Origin: Squalus acanthias
Lineage: Eukaryota
Reading direction: 5' to 3'
Assembly: GCA_030390025.1 (NCBI GenBank)
Contig: CM059432.1
Coordinates: 20,152,001-20,216,000 of the forward strand
Length of the DNA stretch: 64,000 nt
Shown: positions 26,036 through 38,667 of the stretch, piece after piece
Numbering within the stretch: position 1 is the first letter of the stretch
How the letters are laid out: each line of letters begins with the position of its first letter
The notes under the pieces: generated by a model
Seen by the model: only the letters and a program-made list of their open reading frames with translations
What the model was told of the DNA's origin: nothing
Database searches by the model: none
Position numbers and translations under genes: made by a program

Positions 26036-27657
26036 TCCATTATATATGCATAATGGTTATGCAAAGACACACCAGAGAAATTATGCAATGGGCTGTAGAG
26101 CAGGCCACAATACTTCTAACTTTTCTTGTAGCTGAATGAACATTCTGGTAAATGCACCAATCCCACATTGCCAGCAAGTACCGCACTGCAAGAGACAAGG
26201 GGCCCAATTTTGCCAGGCCCAAGGAGGCGGGAATGGAGGCTTGTGGGGTGTTAAAATAGCAAAAAATGGCAGGCGGGCCCAACCTCGCCTCCAAGCAATT
26301 TCCCCAAATGCGTGGTTTCTGATCCCGTCTTTGTCCCGCCTCCAAGAGGCGGGATAGGCCTTTAAAGCCCTTAACAACCACTTAATTGCCTCTATAAACC
26401 CATTTTGAGAGGCCTTTCTGATTTTAAGACTTTTCCGACGTGATGCACGCCTCCTCTGAAACACGACGGTGAAACCTGGCAGTAGCACACTTGGATTGCT
26501 GACTATCAGCTGCAGGTCTACCATTAAGGAGGAGATTTGATCAATCATCATGGTGGGGGAAGTTGTGGTGGTGGTGGTGGTGGTGGTGGTGGTGAAAAAA
26601 TCTGGGAGCAGACTTAGGTCTCCTGCTGCTCATTTTGCCTCCAGGTCCCTCTCACAGCAAAGCTTCCCAGTCTTTGCAGACCTTAAATGCAGCAGCAATG
26701 ATGACATCATCAGAGGCGACTTTCAGACTGAAAAAACTAATTGGGTCATGGGTTCCCACATGCTGGAACTCAATTGCCCAATTAGGGGAAAATCAAATAA
26801 TTCTCCCACATCCAATTGGAGTCGAGTGGCTAACACGAAAAGCAGATGACACAACCCCAGCCCGCCCCCCAATGACAAAATCGAGCCCCAAGAGTCAAAG
26901 AATTGGCCCAACAACATCGTAGTCCTATCTCCAAGCCACTCCCCCTTCAAGCGTGGCCTCTGTGGATTTACCCTATCGTGTACAGCCTTTAAACAGAGAT
27001 GTGGCCCAGTAACAAACGCATTGTGCATTTTCACTCAAACAGCAACATCATTGTCCAAGAGAGAAATCGAACTGCAGGAAAGGAGGTTGGTACGTCAGTG
27101 TCATTGCTTTCAGAACTTAAGACATTTATTGTTTAAAGCAAGATCCATAGAGTACCGTAACTCAGTAGGCAACTACACCTTGAAGGTCAGTGTTTGGTAA
27201 GTAAATAATGAATGAATGATAAACACTGTCGCCAATCTGTCTCCAAAGAGAGCGCTTCGGATTAGACAAAATGGCAAGCAGGTCGCCTCATCTTATGTGA
27301 CTCAACTGTGTTCTCTCCACGCAGAGTAAAACTGTTTACTGTGTTCCATGGAAAGATTTATAAAATTGTATCACATAAGAGGTTCAGCAATATGATCCAT
27401 ATCCCTGGATTTCAAATTCATCCCATTTATACTGCGGGGCAGATTCAGAAACCAGTGGTAATGTTGGGCATGTGCATTTGCTAAAGCTTCACCATTGTGG
27501 TCTCAAACTTTGCCCCGAATATTGGAAAAGGTCTATTCAGCCGAGCAATATAAAAACCAATTGCTGGTATGTATGACTGACAGCAACCATTTGTTTTGCT
27601 ACTAGCGGTTCTTTCCTTTAAGTGCCGGAGAATAAAACCACTATTCAGATGATATTA

Positions 27658-27949
27658 AAGCAAAATACTGCAGATGCTGGAAATCTGAAATAAAAACAGA
27701 AAATGCTGGAAATACTCAGCAGGTCAGGCAGCATCTGTCGAGAGAGAAAAAGTTTCAGGTCGATGACCCTTCGTCAGAACTGGAAAAAGTTGGAGATGTA
27801 ACAGGTTTTTACACTTGCTTAAAAACCTGTTATATCTCCAACTTTTTCCAGTTCTGACGAAGGGTCATCGACCTGAAACGTTAACTCTGTTTCTCTCTCC
27901 ACAGACACTGCCTGACCTGCTGAGTATTTCCAGCATTTTCTGTTTTTAG
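27658..27949. mobile_element. Penelope-like element: inverted (fold-back) pLTR pair
   Basis: The two halves are reverse complements around about 27810. 14-bp duplication ttcagatgatatta at 27644-27657 and 27950-27963. Confidence 0.9.
27850..27886 (+). ncRNA. Minimal type-I hammerhead ribozyme motif (Penelope-associated)
   Basis: agtt-CTGACGA-a-gggtc(atc)gacct-GAAA-cg-TT-aact. Stem I is agtt/aact, stem II is 5 bp, and a palindromic AACGTT replaces stem III. Confidence 0.7.
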
Positions 27950-28448
27950 TTCAGATGATATTACCTGACTCTGGAGCCACATACCCCAACTGATTTATAT
28001 TCCACTGCTGCCTCCATAGGCAAATGTAAACGTGGTTATGACAAAATGATGGGGTGGAAATTGGTTATGGCCCATTTTTGAGAGCTCTCCCGGTGTCCTT
28101 ATCAATATTTCTCCTTCAACCTAGCACCACCAAAGACAGATTAACTGGTCATTTATCGCACTGCATTTTGCAAGATTTTGCTATGTGCAAATTTGGCCTT
28201 CACATTTACCTGCATAACTACAGTGATTACACTTCAAAAATAAACACTTTGGGATGCCCTGAGGATGTGAAAATACTTAAGTCTTTTCTTTATTTTTGAA
28301 TTATTTGGGGATTGTATAGCCGAGGTCCCTGATTGCGGTTAATTGTTCACTGGAAAATATGTCGGATGCCCACGGCACCTTCTGTCACCTCAGATGGCAG
28401 AAAATATCATGCTGTTAAATACTTTATGTAGGCTACACGACTATACGA

Positions 28449-29940
28449 CAGTGCTTGGGCCTCAGCTGTTTACAATCTATATCAATGACTCAGATGAAGA
28501 GACTGAGTGTAATATATCCAAGTTTTTTGGCAATACAAAGCTAGGTGGGAAAATAAGCAGTGAGGAGGACACAAATAGGCTGCAAAGGGATGTAGACAGG
28601 TTAAGTGAGTGGGCAAGAACATTTAGTTAAAGAAATAGGACACTTGGAAAATTACAATATGATTAGGCAGAGTCAACACGGTTTTATGAAAGAGAAATTG
28701 TGTTTGACAAATCGATTAGAGTTTTTTGAGGGTGTAATTAACAGGGTAGATAAGGGGAAACCAGTGGATGCAGTACATTTGGATTTTCAGAAGGCATTCG
28801 ATAAGGTACCACACAAGAGAATGTTACACACGATTAGGGCTCATGGGATTGGGGTTAATATATTAGCATGGATTGAGGATTGCTTAAAGGACAGAAAACA
28901 GAGAGTAGGAATAAATGGGTCATTTATGGGACGGCAGGGTGTAACTATTGGAGTGCCGCAAAGATCAGTGCTTGGGCCTCAGCTGTTTACAATCTATATC
29001 AATGACTCAGATGAAGAGACTGAGCGTAATATATCCAAGTTTTTTGGCAATACAAAGCTAGGTGGGAAAATAAGCAGTGAGGAGGACACAAATAGGCTGC
29101 AAAGGGATGTAGACAGGTTAAGTGAGTGGGCAAGAACATAGCAGATGGAATATAATGTGGAGAAGTGTGACATTATTCACTATGGTAGAAAGAATGCAAA
29201 AGCAGAATATTTTTTGAAAGGAGAGAGATTGGGAAATGTTGGTATTGAGAGAGATTTGGGTGTCCTTGTACACAAATCACAGAAAGTTAACAAACAGGTA
29301 CAGTAAGCAATTAGGAAGGCAAATGTTTGCAAGGGGGTTGGAGTATATGAGTAAGGTAGTCTTGCTGCAATTATATAGAGCTTTGGTGAGACCACACCTG
29401 GAGTACCTGGAGGAAGGATATACTTGCCTTAGAGGGGTTGCAACAAAGCTTCACTAGTATGATTCCTGGGACGAGGGGGCTCTCCTATGAGGACAGATTG
29501 AGTAGAATTGGCCTATATTCTCTGGAGTTTAGAAGATTGAGAGGTGATCTCATTGAAACATATAAAATCCTGAGGGGGATTGACAGGGTAGATGCTGAGA
29601 GGCCATTTCCCCTGGCTGGAGAGTCTAAAACTAGGGGTCATAGTCTCAGGATAAGGGGTCGGCCATTTAGGACTGAGACACAGAGAAATTTCTTCACTCA
29701 GAGGGTTGTGGATCTTTGGAATTCTCTACCCTAGAGGGCTGTGGATGCTCAGTCATTGAGTATATTCAAGACTGAGATTGATAAGATTCTTGGGCACTAA
29801 GAGAATCAAGAGATTTCGGGATAGGGCGGGAAAGTGGAGTTGATGTAAAAGTTCAGCCATGATCTTATTGAATGGCGGAGCAGGCTCGAGAAGCCATATG
29901 GCCTACTCCGGCTCCTATTTCTTATGTTATGATCTTATGT
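28449..29940 (+). mobile_element. CR1 RT-to-3' fragment with a duplicated internal segment
   Basis: SQHGF..CLTN..DFQKAFDKVPH..GVPQRSVLGP motifs. 28449-28620 repeats about 28967-29138 almost exactly. Confidence 0.95.
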
Positions 29941-30244
29941 TAAAAACATGGCCATGATAGTAAACAGCACAATACTTCCATCAAAGAACTGAAACCAGTC
30001 CACAAGGGGTTAATCTACCCTTTTGAGAAAGTTGCCGCTATCATCTTTTTGAAGTGCAAGAGTTTCTTTGATAAAATCAACTGAGCCTATTCCTTCTTTG
30101 GTTGTACAGTCCATGGTGTTTCAGAATGAGATATGTAGAATAGGTGAGTTACAAGTGCCCCATCCAGTTGGCATTGGAATATTTATCTCATAAATCTTCT
30201 TTGATATAAAGCCAATTCTTTTGAAGTAGTCAAGCAAACAGAAT

Positions 30245-31455
30245 GGGCCAGATATTCGGCTCCCTGGCTTCCTGCGGGTGCAAGGATCGCGCGCGCACCT
30301 ACCTACCGCGCCTGCCGTTGACCCCTGGGCCCACGGGGACTTCGGCTCCTGGGCCTCCTCCAACTGCCGGCGCGCAGTGCTTGTGTGTCCCAGGGGCGTA
30401 GTTAGTGCGATGCGTCCCCTGGGATCACGTGGGCCATGGAGAGCCAATGGCAGCATAGAAACATAGAAACATAGAAACTAGGAGCAGGAGTAGGCCATTC
30501 GGCCCGTCGAGCCTGCTCCACCATTCAATACGATCATGGCTGATCATCCAAATCCAGTACCCTGTCCCTGCTTTCCCATACAGAATCCCCATCGAGCCTG
30601 CACCGACACATATCCCACCCTATCCCCGTAACCCCACGTATTTAATTCCCCCTAACATATCCCATCCTATCCCCGTAACCCCACATATTTAATCCCCCCC
30701 TAACACTAAGGGTCAATTTATCATAGCCAAATCAACCTAACCCACACATTTTTGGACTGTGGGAGGAAACCGGAGCACCCGGAGGAAACCCACGCAGACA
30801 CGGGGAGAATGTGCAAACTCCACACAGACAGTCACCCGAGGTCAGATTCGAACCCGGGTCCCTGGCGCTGTGAGGCACCAGTGCTAACCACTATGCCACT
30901 GTGCAGACCATCTTTCATTCATAGATTTGACAGGACCTGTCAAATCTATGAATACAGATCGGCCCCAAAACATCCCTAAAACTACAAATAAATTTTTTTA
31001 AAAATCACATTTTTAAAATAACTATAAATTACATTAATTAACTATTTTAAACAAAAATTTAAATTTTTGAAACAATTAATTACATTTTTTAACGGAGCTG
31101 AAACTAAACTTACCTTTCTTTAAAGTAATTAAAAACGATAAATCTGTGAAAAAAATGTTTAAATTTTAATAAAATCAACACTTACCTTGTTAAAAGAAGG
31201 CCTTGCACATCCTTTTTAAATGTGTATCTTCTCCGTGCTTACCCTCACGGAGGAACCTGTAAAAAAATCCGAAGTGCGAGGCGAACGCGCTGGCCCTCCG
31301 GCGTGCGCATTCGACCTCTGAACCCCTTTCCTCACGGGAACGGAAGTGCCGGTTTCCCACGCATGCGCAGTGCATGCAAGAAACCGGCACTTTTGTTCCG
31401 TTCACGGGTGAGTACACAGTGCGTACTCACCCGACAACAGTTGAATTTCTGCCCC
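30245..31455. mobile_element. PIF/Harbinger-type MITE, family 1, copy B (inverted relative to copy A)
   Basis: GGGCC..GCCCC termini with a 3-bp AAT duplication on both sides. It is interrupted by an HE1-like SINE. Confidence 0.9.
30453..30905 (-). mobile_element. HE1-like V-SINE
   Basis: Minus strand has A box TGGCATAGTGG, B box GGTTCGAATC, V domain 'gtggagtttgcacattctccccgtgtctgcgtgggtttcctccgggtgctccggtttcctcccacagtcc' and a CR1-type tail. Internal tandem duplication of about 47 bp. Confidence 0.9.
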
Positions 31456-32728
31456 AATATGAACGGTCTTTGCAGCTGGTTAGACAATAGATTAATGGCC
31501 TCCAAGAGTTACGTTTGTTTTAGCACTTTTCCCCTAGACTGTTTTCACATATGGACACCAACAGAAAATACATTTCCATCTGACAAGCTGCATATATTAT
31601 GCTTTAAAAATGTTGCCCCTGCCAAAAGAAATGTTCTTACTCAACTAATTTGTAAACAGTAACCTGCCTGGCTCATGCAGATGGAGTATCTTATCTTTGT
31701 CTTCCATTTTATATCTACCGAAGAGCAAGATGTCTTCATTATAGCCCTTGAAAATATGAATCTATGGCCCCTGAAACTCTTTTGGGCCACATCAGTACAC
31801 TCCCGGTGTAAGTCCGGGAATCCAATTACGCTGGGTTCCGGTCTTTGCTCCAAGATTTTAAGGGGCTTGTTTAGGGTCAAACCTTCGTCCACCTCAAATA
31901 CAGTCCTTGACATCAGAGGGAATTCCCAGGCCATGAAATTCTTGATCTCTGGCCTGTGTTGCACCATGCAGACAGAATTCCAGGTGCAACCAGGAATACC
32001 TGGTGTGGACGTGAGGTTTGAACTCCCCCCCGCCCCACCCCCGACCCTGTGAGAGTGTAATGACAATTGGAGCTTGCAGGACTGAAAGAGATATATATTT
32101 GTTGGGCAAGGATATCAAAGGATATGGATCAAAGGCGAGAAAGTGGAGTTGCGATACAAATCGGCCATGATCTAACTGAATGACGGAGAAGGCCCGAGGG
32201 GCTGAATGGCCTATGTTCCTGTTAATCAGTTGTTTGAACACAGTGCTTAGTCCAGTAGTGCAAGCATGTTCTTAGAACCCACTTGAAGTATTTTTGGCAC
32301 TTCTGAGCAAATATTATGTGCATATACATGGAAACTGTGAAACTATGTTTAGCAAATTATGTCACAGCCTATCAAAACTTTGGAAGTCAGGAAAAAAAGA
32401 CAAGGTATCCAGGTTTGCTATTTGTGTGTTCCTGCCCTACAGCTTAGACTCTACACAGAGCAACCCAGGAGAAAATTAGGCAACAGATGGTGCGGAGGGT
32501 GAGAGGTGCAGTAGATTGGAAAAATATATCTTTAATCTCGGACCTGGGCTTCAATCCAACAGAGAATGATGGGATGGCAGTCACCTTGTCCGAGAGCTAG
32601 AACCATCTGAAACGGAATGTGTTTGCCGTGGGCTCAATGTACTTTCTGGTGCGAGGGTGGCCAACCTTTCAACACTCAAGAATTGAAAAAAGAAATTGTA
32701 CACTGACAAAGATCAAGTTTTAAATGCA

Positions 32729-32852
32729 ATAAAAACAGAAAGTGCTGGAAATTCTCAGCAGGTCAGGCCCAGCAGGAGAGAGAAACAACGTTAACGTTTC
32801 ATATCTATTTCAGTTTTTAGTTCAGATTTCCAGCATCCGCAGTATTTTGCTT
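32729..32852. mobile_element. Penelope-like short inverted fragment
   Basis: 14-bp duplication aagttttaaatgca at 32715-32728 and 32853-32866. Confidence 0.85.
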
Positions 32853-34007
32853 AAGTTTTAAATGCAGTCTACTTCACTCCTACACTCTTTGATACTCTCA
32901 CACTGTAGCCACAAGTAAACCACATTTTGAAGCTTTGTGCATCAATGTAACTTGATTTCAAGCTGTTTGCTTGAAATCTTTCATTTGCTCCCTCACACAC
33001 TCCTGCTCTTATCTTTCCCATACCGTCCGTCCCTCTTTTCTGACATTTTCCACTCCTTCTCCTCCTTTTTCAGGCTCTCTCTCACTCATCATCAACAATC
33101 TCTTTCTTGTAAAGTCCAATAATTGTACATTGGATGCATATTTTTTTTTTTTACCTGCAATGCTGCACCCCAGCGCAGGTCAATCACAGTATAGAATGTT
33201 GATAAAATTCCTGCTTGCTTCACAGGGAATCCAATTATTGCACTTGCCTCAAACTCTAATTAGTGCAAGTTGAGGAACACAAGGAGAGCTGTCTGCTATC
33301 AAGGTTACCAGAGTTAAATGTGGAAAATGACAGACAAGGTAGCAGTCAATAAAAGGCTTCAACCGCCCAACCAAAGGTAGGTATCTTGGAAAATGTCTCC
33401 ATTGGCACTCAACAGTAAGGATTAGAAAATGTTTTACTCGTTACAGTGAGCTTCAGCTCCATATATCATTGCAATTAAACATATAATACTACAATATTAT
33501 GTTCAGACGTGAATCTATAACACGGCTTTGTGTCACTGCAATTAGTTTAATACATTGTAATGATTTATGAAACCCTTGGGTCTAAATATGGGCAATGACT
33601 GGAAAGAAAATAGTCATGTGTTCATAATAATTTTCACTCATGCAGGACAATGTGCCTTCAATTGACAAATACGGTCATCTAATGTGGTCCATACTGCTGT
33701 CAGCTGACTAAATACACCGTTCTGACAGTTGCTTCTTCCGCCAACCCGCCCCCCCCCCCCCCGACCTTGTTGGTAGCAATGAGTTCCTGAGAATCAAACA
33801 GAGAAGAGACATGCCCTCACTGGTTCGGACCCCCTAATTTATTGGTCATTTTAATTAAACTAATGCTTTTTATTGGCGTATGATTTTTACAGTAGGGCAG
33901 ATTACATCCTTTTAAATGTTAAGCATTCCTCAACTTTTTTTTAAGCTTCAGTTAGCCTCTACATATCTCAGGTGGGTTTGTCAATCCAACAGAGGAACAA
34001 TTAAACT

Positions 34008-34110
34008 TTAACTCAGTTTCTCTCTCCACGGATGCTGCCTGACCTGCTGAGTTTTTCCAGCGTTTTCTGTTGTTATTTCGGATTTCCAGCATCCGCAGTA
34101 TTTTGCTATT
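34008..34110 (+). mobile_element. Penelope-like 3' pLTR fragment
   Basis: 'ttaactcagtttctctctccac..gatttccagcatccgcagtattttgct'. Confidence 0.85.
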
Positions 34111-35379
34111 GAATTACTATTCCTTTTCAGGTTAGTCCTGCATCATGCACCTTTTGCTTCCTGCATTATTTATACAGCAGTTTCTCCCTTACCTGCATGA
34201 CCCGTCTTCGGGTCTCTAATAGGAGAGTGCTAAATAGGCTAAACTCAAAAGTGAGAAAATCAAGAGGTTAAATTCCACTGGTTCCCCATTATACTGACAT
34301 TCCCCACCCTTGCAAATTCCTTTCCTTTTCTTCCCGCCTTTGCTGCAACTGTTGCCTGGCAGCCCTCGAGTACCTTGTGCAAAAACTGCAAACTTCACAT
34401 CAGTCTGGACAGCAACTGTCTGCAGGCTATTGATCTACAGGCAGCATGACAGTAGACTCCCAATTCTTTCTCACCCAATGTACACACACACACACATTCC
34501 CTCTCTACTCCGAGGCTACTGAAGCCAATTGTACTGTCCTTGCCACTGCCCCACCTAAGATCAGCTAATTCAGTGCCGATTGGGCATCTATCCTGGAATA
34601 TTTCTGATCAGTAAGGCTCATTGCCACACCAGGCAATGCACTGAGTAATCATGGAAGCCCCTTTCTTGACCCATTCTTTTATTTGAGCCTGCAGTAAAAT
34701 GACTTGTAAACCAACAGACCCAAGTTGCGTCAAAATTAGGGACTTTATTTTTGTTGGAACCGGTTTGAAGCTGTTCATTCACATTTCATTTTGAAACCCA
34801 ACAGGCAGTAGAGAGAGGAAACCTCTCCCTAACACGTCTGAACTGGATTCAAACCTAAGGTCCAAATGTGAAAAGACAAGTGTTCTAAGCCAATGCAATG
34901 CCCAGGAAAGTAAGCATTCACCAATAGTGACACCCAACTATGCAGACATCCACATTTGAGAACTCAGGCTGCACAACAAGGGTTATGGGGAGCGGGCAGG
35001 GAAATGGAGCTGAGCGCAAGATCAGATCAGCCATGATCTCATTAAATGGCGGAGCAGGTTCGAGGGGCCAAATGGCCTACTCCTGCTCCTATTTCTTATG
35101 TTCTTATGTTCTTATCACACCAACCTACACAGAATTTTGTTCAGTGCAGCTAATGGGAAGAAAAAGAAATCCATCTTTCTTTTCATTCTTTATCCTCTGC
35201 GTATTCTGGGCATTTCCCCCCATTACAAAATAGGAGGAAAGAGGTAAAGAGTCTCTGTTTAATGGGTGGCACTGTTGAGACCTGCACTTACTGGGAACAA
35301 TAAGAAGCGAGCAGACCCACGTGTTAAAGCTGGATCCATATCATCCAACAAGCTTAAAACTAGGTCACAAAGTATCTAC

Positions 35380-35960
35380 CGCAGAAGTACAATCTCGGTT
35401 ACTTCTCCCTCTGCCAACTCGTGGTGTCACAGAATGCAGTCTGCTAACAAAGCCTTTTTTTTGGCAACAGGTTCAGCTAAAGTTTTAAGTCTGTAGGAAA
35501 GAACCATTGAATGGATTCTCTGCCACATTTTGCTGTGTATAGTAACACAGAACTCTCCTCATATCTAAATGCTGAAACCTGCATTCAGTGTCAGATTTAC
35601 AAGCAGCTGCAGAGAAAGATTGAATGGCAATTGCTGGGGCTGGATGGAATTGCAAAAACGCATTCAACAGGAATTTCGATACTGTCTTAATGCATCAACT
35701 CATAAAATTTATTGTTTGCACCATCTTTGGGTACCAAAGTGGACATAAAGGCATCAAACTCTCGAGCGAAGTATGCGTGTCGTATTTCCAGTATAATGGC
35801 ATCTCAAAAACAAAACATGGCAAGTATCCAATGACTCTAATTACATTACCTCAACCTCTAATAGTAAAACATCTTTCTGATGCGTGTGCTAAAAACCTTG
35901 GAGCAGATACATCAATAGTCATAAACGCACCTTAGGTAGACGACTGTCTCTTCGCCTTAC
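35380..35960 (-). pseudogene. Fossil DIRS-type tyrosine recombinase
   Basis: KFLLNAFLQFHPAPAIAIQSF..E..FQHLDMRRVLCYY, then after a frameshift LSYRLKTLAEPVAKK..LADCI..HELA. This parallels the DIRS1 YR pattern KFLPK..FH.NQ.I.LPSF..E..LH.LDVRRAL..Y / LFVSY..KG.PVSK..WI.DCI..YELA. Confidence 0.7.
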
Positions 35961-37192
35961 CCAGCAATCAATTCAATTGATCAATGTGGGGACCTCACTC
36001 TCGATGGGGGTCTTCCCTCCACTAGTGTGGATTTTTGCATACCTATCCAGGGGTAGAACTTCTGAGTCTCCAACCACCTTTTCCACTGCCGATGTGTATC
36101 TGAAAATCTCAGGCAAGGTACCATAACGTGGGCACAAACTTGGAATACCTACCCTTAACGTCATCTTTAAAGTCAAGGTACACATCAACACTCAGGCAGA
36201 CTTGGCTGCCAGGGATAAGGATTTTGGCAGCAGTACTCAACTTGAAATGTGCACTTCTCAATGCTTCTATACCACTTTTACTAGTGATAAAAGTGACACC
36301 AATGGTGAAAGTAGCTGAAAATGGATAAAGAGTCCCTGTTTACTGGCTGGCACGGTTGAGAGCTGCACTTACGTGAAACAATATGAAGCGAGCAGACCCA
36401 AGTGTTAAAGCTGGATCCATATCAAGGGATGAGGATTTTGGCAGCAGTACTCGACTTGAAAAATGCACTTCTCAATGCTTCTATAGCTGTTTTACTAGTG
36501 ATAACATAAAATTGCTGGGACAGTTTTGTATGTTTTATGGCCCTGATCACCTATTCTGGATCTCATTAGTTCCTCACGCTCCTAAAAAGTTTTCTTTACT
36601 TAAACCTCACTTGCAGTTTTGGGCAGTATTCACATGATGTGTTCGAGTGCAATATGTTCTGGAACCAATGCGAGGGCAGGTCATACTAGATTTAGTAATG
36701 AACCAAACTTAGTTAATAATCGAACAGTAAGGAAACATTTATCGAACAGTGATCATAATATGATTGAACTCAATGGTAGGTTAGAAAAGGAGAAACTTAA
36801 CACAGTTACTAAGATTCCAGAAATGGTAAGGCTAACTTTAACAGGATGAGACAGAGACTGATGACAGCAAACTGATCAAAACTGTTATTGGGTGAAACTA
36901 CAGATGAACAGTGAGAGGTGTTCAATATATAATTTAGCTTAATTCAGGACCAATATATACACCCCTAAGAGGAAAGAGCTCCACTTACCAAATAAAACAG
37001 CCCTGATTTTTTACGTGGCTGTTTTATTTGGTAAGAGGTGACAGATAACATAAAACTAAAGGAAAGAGTATATATATCAAAGTACAAAGGATAGTGTCAA
37101 TCCAGGGGACTGGAAGAGATATAAAGAACAGCAAGAGTTGCAAAAAGGCATTACGAAAAGAAACTTGCGAGGGATATCAAGATGAACACAAA

Positions 37193-37904
37193 GGGGGAAA
37201 AAATGGGTTGCTTTGCGCCTCTCGTTAGCGCCCTCCCGGGGGCGCAAAGGCCCTAGCGCCTGGGCGCAGCGCCACTAACGCCTCCCACGAAACTCAGCGG
37301 GAGGTTAGCGGCGACGGTGGCGGTAGTGCTCCGCGGCGCTGCGCCTCTGGCGATGACGTCATCGTCGTGCACAGCGCCCCGCTCGCAAACTTCAGTTGCG
37401 CCCCCTGACCTACTGCCAGACGATATGTCCAACAGGGTCAGGATGGCGCTTTTGCGGCCGCGACAGCGCAAATTAAAGGGCAGGTGCCGGACGGCCATTT
37501 TTTTTGGGGGCCGCCTGCTAACACCTGCGCCCTCTCGCCTCATCGTGCGGGGTGCCGGCCGTGATCGGTCAGCCCGGCACTCCTCGAGTGCCAGGCTATT
37601 TTCCCGGCACCCCATTCCCGGGTGGTCCAGCAGGGCCTTGGTGCGTGCTGCGCTAGGCCCCTCCCTTTAATCAGGGGAGGGTGGCCTGTCATACGCACGT
37701 GGCGCTGTTGCACGTAGCGCCGCGATATTGAATGGTAGCGCCCCAGGAAGGAGGGGGAGCGCTTCCAGTAGCACCCTGCCTCCTGCTTGGGGCGCTACCA
37801 CTCAATTTACGGCGCAGGGGCGCTAACTTTTTCGGGGCGCTAAAAGCATCGCCCCCGTGAAGTTAGCACCCCAAAGGGGGCACGACCGAATTTCCCCCCC
37901 CCCC
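37193..37904. mobile_element. PIF/Harbinger-type GC-rich MITE, family 2
   Basis: GGGGG..gaatttCCCCC termini with AAA on both sides. Related to 45629-46502. Confidence 0.8.
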
Positions 37905-37999
37905 AAACGTTTTTACAATTACAATAGAAGAAAAAGGATAGTTAAGGGTAATGTGGGGCTCATAAAAACAGATGGGGGTAATATTGCAAATGTAAATAA

Positions 38000-38630
38000 C
38001 CCCCAAAAAAGGGAGGGGGGGGGGGGTTTTGGGAGGTTAAAGTGTTAAAAATATGAATCCCCATCCCAACCTGCATCCAAACACACCCACTTCTGGTTTT
38101 AACAGAGGTGGGACGGGAGGCGGACAACCATCCCGCTTGCAGAAGGCACTTTAAATATTATAATGCGGCTCCGTGCCTCGGGTTGAAGCTCCATTTAAAA
38201 TTTAACTGTGGGCGGCCGGGTTTCCCAGGCTACGGATAACCAGGAAGCTAAAGGAAGGCGAGGACTGCTGGATCCAGGAGATAAGTGCCTTTCCACTTAC
38301 CTGCTGGATTACGTGTTCCTGCCTCGCCAACCCCCCGAAATCGGATAACTCCCTCCGATAAATCTGACCTCCTCCCTGATCTCACCCCCTCCCGGCCTCC
38401 GATCTGTGGCCCTGACCCCCTCCAAAGATCCTGCTACCTGACCCCCGACGACCCTGGCCCCCCGACTCCCTCCAACTCGGCTCCCCAGCGAGGCTGGCTG
38501 CGGGCGGAAAACGGAAAAACAAATATCAAATTAAATGCCGCTAAATTCGACAGCGCCATTGTCCCGAGTTGCCCATCCCCATTTCAGTCCCTGCCCGCCC
38601 CCCACCTGCCTCCAAGATAAAATTCCGGCC
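38000..38630. mobile_element. GC-rich non-autonomous DNA element (probably Harbinger-type)
   Basis: A GC-rich block interrupting the CR1, with right end 'aaaattccggcc'. The left terminus is unclear. Confidence 0.5.
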
Positions 38631-38667
38631 TTTAGATTGGAAAAGTAACTCGATTATTTAAGAAAAG

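Noticed and set aside
30845..30905. tRNA gene
   Set aside because: The A/B boxes belong to the head of an HE1-like SINE and run into the V domain.
37253..37670. Long GC-rich ORFs / CpG island of a host gene (also 17289-17629, 38285-38620, 45751-46526)
   Set aside because: They lie within TIR-bounded or MITE-like elements, and stop-poor GC-rich DNA explains the ORFs.
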